Assembly: GCA_964014485.1 (NCBI GenBank)
Contig: CAXHAT010000061.1
Location: forward strand, 1-39,258
DNA length: 39,258 nucleotides
Direction of reading: 5' to 3'
Source of the DNA: an uncultured Deferribacteres bacterium
Lineage (GTDB): Bacteria; Zhuqueibacterota; Zhuqueibacteria; Zhuqueibacterales; Geothermadaptataceae
Both the position numbers and the translations under genes were made by a program. This document shows positions 18,814 through 26,966 of the stretch, in pieces; positions within the stretch are counted from its first letter, which is position 1, and each line of letters opens with the position of its first letter. The notes beneath the pieces are model-generated. The model was not told the origin of the DNA, did not search any database, and saw only the letters and a program-made list of their open reading frames with translations.

Positions 18814-19917
18814 TCATAAGCTCATATTATGAATGCTCTTGCGTGCTTTCAAAAACGGTTGCAGCGCTTCGACAATCTTATCCGCGCCATCGAATAGTAC
18901 ATCAACTAAGGGAACGCGAAACTGCTCGTAGATTTTCGCGCAGGCCCGGATGGTCTCAGCGCGGGTCATATCTTCGTGGTTGATTGTAATCGCCACAACC
19001 GGCTTTCCGGAGATCAGCTCCAAGGCCTGAATTTGGTGATCGAGCGGGTGCAACGTGTAGCCGGGAAAACCATCATATTCTTCTCGCGCCGGGGCATGCT
19101 GCAAAACGATCACATCCGGCCGTGCCGCTGCGATTGTTTCGTAGCCGCCTGGGTAGGCCGGATTGAGCAAACTGCCCTGGCCTTCGATCACTATGGCGTC
19201 CGGATTTTGCTCACTCCAGGCGCGCCACACGGCATGCTCGATTTCGCCCGACATAAAATCGCTGACAAGGGAATCCATCATAATAGAATAGCGCGCGCCT
19301 TGCAGCCATGCCGTCTGGCCGGTACCGACCATTTCCGCAGAATATCCCGCGGCATGCAGCGCATCGATGATAATCCATGCAGTCGTGCGTTTGCCGATGG
19401 CGGAGTCTGTGCCGAGAACGGCAATTTTGAGAGACTCGACCTCTTCGATTTTGCCGCTAAAGAAATGCAGTTCATTTCGCGGCGGGGTTTTGCGAATGTC
19501 ACGGATTTTGACTTGATGGGTTTTTGCCAGTTTTGAGATGGCTGCATCTTCGGAGAGAAAATCATGCAAACCTGAATCGATATGCAGACCTGCGTAAATT
19601 GCTTTCATCACATCACAGCGTGTTGTTATATCTATACGGCCACCGTCCGGCGCCAAGCCAATAACGAAATGTGTTGCTGAAAAGCCTTTTGTTTTGGCGT
19701 CAGCAATCGCTGCGGATAACCCGCCGAATACCGGGATACCATTTGGTTTTTTGTCCAATATCTCGCCCGCATCCGCACCGTCAAAACGCGAATCGATAAC
19801 CGACAGAACACGGTAGCGCTGCGTACGCCGGACGAGACCATGCGCTGTTTTGCCGTTCGTGGTGTTGAATGCCCCCTGGCAATAGACGATAGCATTGCCT
19901 TCCGAAAGTGGCTTCAT
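18814..19917 (-). CDS. DUF1611 family protein (DgcN-like N-acetyltransferase / P-loop fold)
   Basis: GKTAHGLVR, SGLHDFL, GTDSAIGKRTT, GTGQT, IEGQGSLLNPAY, RPDVIVLQHAP motifs; ATGA overlap with the upstream gene. Confidence 0.9.
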   Translation of the reverse strand: MKPLSEGNAIVYCQGAFNTTNGKTAHGLVRRTQRYRVLSVIDSRFDGADAGEILDKKPNGIPVFGGLSAAIADAKTKGFSATHFVIGLAPDGGRIDITTRCDVMKAIYAGLHIDSGLHDFLSEDAAISKLAKTHQVKIRDIRKTPPRNELHFFSGKIEEVESLKIAVLGTDSAIGKRTTAWIIIDALHAAGYSAEMVGTGQTAWLQGARYSIMMDSLVSDFMSGEIEHAVWRAWSEQNPDAIVIEGQGSLLNPAYPGGYETIAAARPDVIVLQHAPAREEYDGFPGYTLHPLDHQIQALELISGKPVVAITINHEDMTRAETIRACAKIYEQFRVPLVDVLFDGADKIVEALQPFLKARKSIHNMSL

Positions 19918-20993
19918 GAATTTCTCCCTGTGAGTATAGCGATATACCTGTCGCTCGGTAGAGATTGTTTTTGATGTTGTTGCATTAAGGCGACCAGTCC
20001 GGCAGTCGAAGCCGGTAAGACGCTCAGGCCTTCGTGAATGCGAATCTGCTTTGCAGTCGTGAGCATACTTTTGTCACTGGCGTTTGCCGCCCACCCTTCG
20101 GTTTCGTGAATGGCTGCCAACGCAAAATCGCCATCGATGGAGCGCCAATTAATAAGCGGCTCGTTAACCGTAGTTTCGCGGATGCGGGATGGTAAAAGGT
20201 CATCACAAGTCGACAAATTTTTCAGCCAAGCCTGGATGATCGGATTTTTTCTGTAGGATGAACCCGCGATGATTTTCGGCATGCGGGAGGTTTTGCCGCG
20301 GCGGTACAAGCTGAGAAAGCCTTTGTAAATTCCGGCCAGGGTTGTGCCGTTCGAAACCGGCACGGCTACCATCGCCGGCGCATCTCGAAGCTCGTCGTAA
20401 ATTTCATAAGCGATCTCGCCATAAGCCTTGAGCTGCAATACAGTATTTGCGCCGCCAGGATTGGCGTCATAAAACTCACTTTTTTCTGCCGTCTCGCGGG
20501 ATTTCTTGACGGCATTTTCATAATCTCCCGGAACACGCATAATCTCAGCGCCAAGTCGTTGTATCTCGTTGAGGCGCCCGGTATGGTACTGCTCGGGGAT
20601 AAAAACCACACACCGCAAACCCGCAAGCGAAGCCGCTAATGACATCGCTGCGCCATAATTTCCGCAAGTTGCGATGGTTACTGTGTCGAAGCCGCGCCGC
20701 AGCGCGTCCATTGCCTGGGCGAAGGCGATGCGGTCTTTTTGCGTGCCGGTCGGGTTGCCGCCGTCGAACTTCAGGTAAACCTGCCGCAAGCCAATCTCCC
20801 GCTCGATATTGCGTGCACGTGAAAGTAAGGTGTCACCGACCTCCGAATCTATAATATCTTCATACGCCTCCAGCCGTTCTTCAACCGGCAGCGAAGTATC
20901 AGCAGCAATTTTTTTCTGAACCTGCAAATGATCGCTAATTTTTTCGTCCGCAGGCGAAGCGTCGTCTAAAAGTTTCAAGCTTGTGTTTTCCAT
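19914..20993 (-). CDS. Fold-type II PLP-dependent enzyme, threonine-synthase-like
   Basis: LKFDGGNPTGTQKDR (PLP lysine), ATCGNYG, VPVSNGTTLAG, EGLSVLPASTAG, ILTG. Differs from canonical thrC motifs (SFKDR, ASTGNT). Confidence 0.88.
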   Translation of the reverse strand: MENTSLKLLDDASPADEKISDHLQVQKKIAADTSLPVEERLEAYEDIIDSEVGDTLLSRARNIEREIGLRQVYLKFDGGNPTGTQKDRIAFAQAMDALRRGFDTVTIATCGNYGAAMSLAASLAGLRCVVFIPEQYHTGRLNEIQRLGAEIMRVPGDYENAVKKSRETAEKSEFYDANPGGANTVLQLKAYGEIAYEIYDELRDAPAMVAVPVSNGTTLAGIYKGFLSLYRRGKTSRMPKIIAGSSYRKNPIIQAWLKNLSTCDDLLPSRIRETTVNEPLINWRSIDGDFALAAIHETEGWAANASDKSMLTTAKQIRIHEGLSVLPASTAGLVALMQQHQKQSLPSDRYIAILTGRNS

Positions 20994-21104
20994 ATAAATA
21001 TTTTTTAATGCGGTTTGCTATTGGTTCAATTTTATAATTGTGGTTCTGAACTTTCGAATTGAAGAATCTGCGATAGTTATTTGAATATTCTTAGCCGATT
21101 TTTT

Positions 21105-21303
21105 AAAAAACCACAGGCGTGCAGCCAGTGGCCGGGAGCTGGGGGGACTCCAGGGCAGGGGATGGAACTACACGCCTGTGGATATTTGGTAAAAATTACG
21201 TGTGGCCATAGACGGCATTAGCCAATCTATGTTGAGGGTAATGGAGCGTTTCCGGTCACACGTAATTTATATGGAGCTCTTACCCGCGACCACAGGCAAG
21301 AAC
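21105..21303 (-). ncRNA. Candidate structured RNA / 3' UTR element with three hairpins ending in a U-tract
   Basis: Stems 21276-21303 (12 bp with 4 G-U pairs on minus strand), 21193-21207/21254-21268 and 21111-21126/21166-21181, followed by T6; C-rich loops. Confidence 0.45.
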
Positions 21304-21319
21304 TGATGAGAAGGAATGC

Positions 21320-21691
21320 TTATTCTTCGTCAACTACTTTGTAACTTGTGATATTGATGGATTTGGTGCCAAATTCATCTTCGGTTACCTCGCCGGTCGC
21401 TTCAACAGTCTGGTCAACGAGACTCAGCAGCTCGCGGCCTTTGTCGTTGTCTTCAACAAGATATTCCTCAGTGACAACCACCGGCTCTTCTTCTTCTTCG
21501 GGTTCCACCTCGATGCTGACAATGATCGCAACGCTTGTCACATTATCATCATCATCCCAAGCTGAAGCAGCAACAACGCCTTCGATGGTGACTTCATCGG
21601 CTTTCGTATTTTTTTCGAATGAGTGAGCCAGGGCTGCGAGGTAGATCAGCGCAAAAAGGCCGATCACCAGGGTCAAGAGTTTTTTGTACAT
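21320..21691 (-). CDS. Small, very acidic exported or membrane-anchored protein, probable OB-fold
   Basis: Start moved to MYKKLLTLVIGLF (GAAAGGA RBS); VTIEGVV..WDDDDNV..EEYLVEDNDKGRELL..VEATGEV pattern. Confidence 0.7.
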   Translation of the reverse strand: MYKKLLTLVIGLFALIYLAALAHSFEKNTKADEVTIEGVVAASAWDDDDNVTSVAIIVSIEVEPEEEEEPVVVTEEYLVEDNDKGRELLSLVDQTVEATGEVTEDEFGTKSINITSYKVVDEE

Positions 21692-21802
21692 TTTTAGTCC
21701 TTTCAAAAAAAGTTTAGCTCAATTTTATTAGTTACGAAATGATCTCTCGCCAGCCTATACTGGCAAAAAGCCTCTATAAAAACTGTTGCAGGTCAGGTGA
21801 TT

Positions 21803-23748
<1,946 letters not shown>

Positions 23749-23770
23749 TTTTGCTTCCTTTATGTTGTGG

Positions 23771-23896
23771 TTATCCAATGTAGTAGCCCGAAAAGTAACT
23801 GTTCAACCAGTCTTCAACAGACCATCTCACTATTTCGTGCTTCTTGATGAGAACTCTCAACTCTTGCTGAATCAGATCAATATCCAACGTTGCCAT
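23771..23896 (-). CDS. Possible 41-aa small protein immediately upstream of groES
   Basis: [41 protein letters not shown]; lies between the sigma54 promoter and groES; the nearest GAGGAG is unusually far (21 nt) from the ATG. Confidence 0.35.
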   Translation of the reverse strand: MATLDIDLIQQELRVLIKKHEIVRWSVEDWLNSYFSGYYIG

Positions 23897-23945
23897 CTGG
23901 TGATTTGAGACGAAAATCTCCTCTTCAGCAATCCACGTACCCAAG

Positions 23946-23962
23946 ATCAAAGCGTGTGCCAA
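23946..23962 (-). promoter_or_regulatory. Sigma54 (-24/-12) promoter candidate for groES-groEL
   Basis: TTGGCACACGCTTTGAT = TGGCAC-N5-TTGA (consensus TGGCAC-N5-TTGC, one mismatch at -12). Confidence 0.65.
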
Positions 23963-23977
23963 ATCTTCTTATGTTTT

Positions 23978-23990
23978 TAACAAGTTGATT
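23978..23990 (-). promoter_or_regulatory. IHF-binding site candidate
   Basis: AATCAACTTGTTA is an exact match to WATCAANNNNTTR, located between the promoter and the upstream palindromes. Confidence 0.6.
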
Positions 23991-24086
23991 TTTAAAGGCT
24001 TAAATTGAAAATGCGTACTAAGGCATTGAAAAAGTTAGCTTTAATGGATTTGGCACGCGGTAAGTTGAATGGAAAAAAGAGTAGAA

Positions 24087-24184
24087 TTCTCAGTTTGGGA
24101 AAGGAAGGCGAATAACGGGAGGCAAACTTTCTCAATACGAGAAAATGAAGTCCAAAGCAAAGGAAAGCCATATCAAAATGAGAA
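24087..24184. promoter_or_regulatory. Three evenly spaced enhancer-like (UAS) palindromes TTCTCA-N3-TGAGAA
   Basis: TTCTCAGTTTGGGAA (24087-24101), TTCTCAATACGAGAA (24129-24143), ATATCAAAATGAGAA (24170-24184); spacing 42 and 41 bp. Confidence 0.6.
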
Positions 24185-24204
24185 AGGGGAAGCAGGACAA
24201 AAAG

Positions 24205-25566
24205 CTATTTCTTATCGAGCCCGTACTCTTTGAGCTTGCGATAGAGCGTTGCCAAGCCGATTTGCAGAGTCTTGGCGGTTCTGTTCTTGTTGAATTTGTG
24301 ATATTGCAATGTCCGCTCAATTGCTGTTTTCTCAATTTGTTGCAAGGACATGCCGATTTCCAGGTTAAATTTTTGAGCTTGCCAGCTGTGTTCGACGTCC
24401 AGATTCGGAAAAAGTTGCGGTGGCAAAATTACATGCTGACTCAGGACAACGGCTCGTTCAATGGTGTTTTCAAGCTCACGAATATTTCCTTTCCACGGAT
24501 GGCTGCACATTTGCTTCAGGGCGACCGGATCTATGCCAAGCACGTGTTTTTCATTGAGCTGGTTGTACTTATCAATAAAGAATTGGGCCAAAAAAGGAAT
24601 ATCTTCCGGTCGTTCGCGAAGTGGCGGCATGGTAAGAGAAATGACATCTAGGCGGTAATATAGATCCTCCCGGAATTGCCGGTTCGCAACTCTTTGTTCG
24701 AGATTGGTGTTCGTGGCCGCAATGATTCGTACGTTCACTTTAAGCGTATCCGTGCCGCCGAGCCGCTCGAATTCCCTGTTCTGCAAAATGCGCAATATCT
24801 TGACCTGCGTGGAAAGCGGCATATCGCCGATTTCATCCAGAAAAACCGTGCCACCTTCAGCCAACTCTATTTTGCCCTTTTTGCGACCGGTCGCCCCGGT
24901 AAATGCACCCTTCTCATAACCAAAAAGCTCTGATTCAAACAGGGTTTCCGGAATTGCACCGCAGTTGACTTTAACAAAGGGTTTGGCGGCACGCTTGCTA
25001 TAATAGTGAATTGCCAAAGCTGCGAGCTCTTTGCCCGTTCCGCTTTCCCCTGTGATTAGCACAGTGCTTCGCGACGGGGCGATTTGTTTGATGAAGTCGA
25101 CAACCTTCTTGAATTTTTCACTTAAGCCGATTAACAGCGGCGCACCTGGCTCTGATTCCAGGATACGGCGTAACTGTTCGTTTTCCCTGCGCAACAAAAT
25201 TGTCTCTGCAGTCCTGTCAAGAAGCTGTTTGAGCTTTGCAATACGTATCGGCTTGATGATATAGTCGTACGCGCCCATTCGCAGCGCTTCGACTGCCGTC
25301 TCCACTGAACCGAAAGCAGCCATGACAAGTGTGAAGATCTCTGGCTTATTTTCCTGCAAATACCGCAAAATTTCCAGTCCGGTTCCGTCTTTCAGGTTGA
25401 GTTCGGTAACGACGATATCGATTCCTCGGGTATTTATGAGTTCAATGGCTTTGTTTCGGGACGAGGTAGTCAGAATCAGGTAATCACTACGCTTCAGGCC
25501 TTTTTGCAAGCCATCCAGTGAATCTTTGTGGGAGTCGATGAGAAGTACGGTTAGTTTGTCCATCAT
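24205..25566 (-). CDS. Sigma54-dependent NtrC/AtoC-family activator with degenerate receiver domain
   Basis: GESGTGKE, ESELFGYEKGAFTGA, FLDEIG, FREDLYYRL, WKGNIREL and Fis-type HTH; receiver reads LLIDS, IVVTE, VMAAF, IIKP. Confidence 0.95.
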   Translation of the reverse strand: MMDKLTVLLIDSHKDSLDGLQKGLKRSDYLILTTSSRNKAIELINTRGIDIVVTELNLKDGTGLEILRYLQENKPEIFTLVMAAFGSVETAVEALRMGAYDYIIKPIRIAKLKQLLDRTAETILLRRENEQLRRILESEPGAPLLIGLSEKFKKVVDFIKQIAPSRSTVLITGESGTGKELAALAIHYYSKRAAKPFVKVNCGAIPETLFESELFGYEKGAFTGATGRKKGKIELAEGGTVFLDEIGDMPLSTQVKILRILQNREFERLGGTDTLKVNVRIIAATNTNLEQRVANRQFREDLYYRLDVISLTMPPLRERPEDIPFLAQFFIDKYNQLNEKHVLGIDPVALKQMCSHPWKGNIRELENTIERAVVLSQHVILPPQLFPNLDVEHSWQAQKFNLEIGMSLQQIEKTAIERTLQYHKFNKNRTAKTLQIGLATLYRKLKEYGLDKK

Positions 25567-25627
25567 CAAAATATCTTATTTTGATTTTGCATTACATGTT
25601 TATGATAGCTCTACTTTTTGAGGATTT

Positions 25628-26176
25628 CTAATGGTGTTTACTCGCATGCGCAACAATCACTTCATGGGTAATTCCCGTTATCTGCTTCCACAGCGTTAAC
25701 CAGGCTGGGCTGAACAACTATGTGAGTAAAATGACGGCAATTATTGTCTGGTAGCCTTAATGGCTGATCATTTCCATCTGAAGCCAAATGCAGCATTTAC
25801 AAAGCTGAATGCAACGGTTTGGGAAAGAAGAGCTTCCGCGGAGGAGCTTTTTCGCCAGGTACTTCGCGAAAGCCGCTTGATGATCGTGTTTAGAAGTGTA
25901 TTCAGAGTCAATGTGACGAGCACCAAACTTAGGATCATCAGCCAACTTTCAGCAAAAATTTGATATCAACCAGGATGCCTATTGAAGCAAAAATCAGGCA
26001 ACAAAGAGAACGTGAAACGGCTCAAGGCTCTTTGTGATCCATTGTGTTTCCCTGGCAGCGGCAATGATGATTCCAGGAATGAAGGCGCCTGGAGCCGTTG
26101 ACAATTCCAGCAGTCTCGCGACACGCGCAGAACCGAAACACGGTAGGAAAGCTGCAAAAACTTGTATTTCATGATC
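25628..26176 (-). pseudogene. Degraded C-terminal part of a cation:proton antiporter (CPA2/Kef-like)
   Basis: Joining frames gives DHEIQVFAAFLPCFG..LELSTAPGAFIPGIII..ETQWITKSLEPFHVLFVA / LIFASIGILVDIKF / ..ALLSQTVAFSFV.. / GYQTIIAVILLT*LFSPAW, with several frameshifts and stops. Confidence 0.7.
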
Positions 26177-26232
26177 ATGCTTAAGAATCGCTCTAACTAT
26201 TTATTCACCGGTGAATATCCGGCTCGAAAAGT

Positions 26233-26290
26233 TTCCATATATAGGAGCTGTTCCTAATAATAGGAACTTTTTTGTTTCCATTATTAGGAA
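26233..26290. promoter_or_regulatory. Cluster of three TTCC-(AT-rich 7-8)-GGA(A/G) palindromic sites
   Basis: TTCCATATATAGGAG (26233), TTCCTAATAATAGGAA (26251), TTCCATTATTAGGAA (26276). Confidence 0.45.
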
Positions 26291-26535
26291 CTTTTGGGCG
26301 GTGAGCGCCTCTCGAAACCTTCCTCTGTAAAGATATTTTTTCCATTATCCACGATGCGATTTTCAAACCCTAACGCCTTAACTTGCTTGTAAGGCAATTA
26401 CCAGACTTTTCCTTTCTGTTCCATTGGCCGTCCGCCGATTTAACGGCTTTGCCAACTTCAATTTCGCCGTACTTCACTTCCGGCATTTTTCAAGTAATTT
26501 TCTTCACAAGCCAGATTCAGGCTTATCCAGTTCAA

Positions 26536-26775
26536 TCAGGTGACAGGAGCAAAATCTCGAACTTCATTTTCGATCTGATCGCCGAGAGCGTCTTCAGCAA
26601 GATCGAGATCATGGTCCATTTGCAATCCAAGCCAGAATTCCGGCGGCATGCGGAAATACCTGCCCAGGCGAAGTGCAGTATCTGCACTGATTCGGCGTTT
26701 CCCGAGAACAATCTCATTGATCCTGCGCGCCGGGACGCCGACGCTCAGAGCGAGTTTGTTCTGACTGACAGCCAT
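26536..26775 (-). pseudogene. higA: HigA-family addiction-module antitoxin, N-terminally truncated, no higB
   Basis: SQNKLALSVGVPARRINEIVLGKRRISADTALRLGRYF..PEFWLGLQMDHDL; lacks the usual N-terminal HPGEIL segment; in-frame stops just upstream at the MITE junction. Confidence 0.75.
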
Positions 26776-26782
26776 TGCCTGT

Positions 26783-26966
26783 TACTACGACGTTAAGGAT
26801 GCACAGTGAAAAACATGCTAAAGCATGGACTACAAACGACAGTGCGTCCTTTCCCTCTAAGCGTAGAGAAAAAGCTCGGTCGTTTGTAGTTCAGCCTTCA
26901 GGCTGTCTCTTAAGTGCTCCCACATACGAATTGCCCCGTTTTTGAGGCTGACTTAACGTTGTAGTA
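26783..26966. mobile_element. 184-bp MITE-like element carrying a GTAG-type REP doublet
   Basis: TIR TACTACGACGTTAAG (26783-26797) vs CTTAACGTTGTAGTA (26952-26966), 14/15; inner REP pair 26814-26840 / 26879-26905. Confidence 0.7.

Noticed and set aside
19914..20993. Calling the PLP enzyme thrC
   Set aside because: Motifs differ (TQKDR, ATCGNYG) and there is no hom/thrB context; function left open.
24050..24066. Plus-strand TGGCACG as a second sigma54 promoter
   Set aside because: No TTGC-like -12 element at the required spacing and no sense gene downstream.
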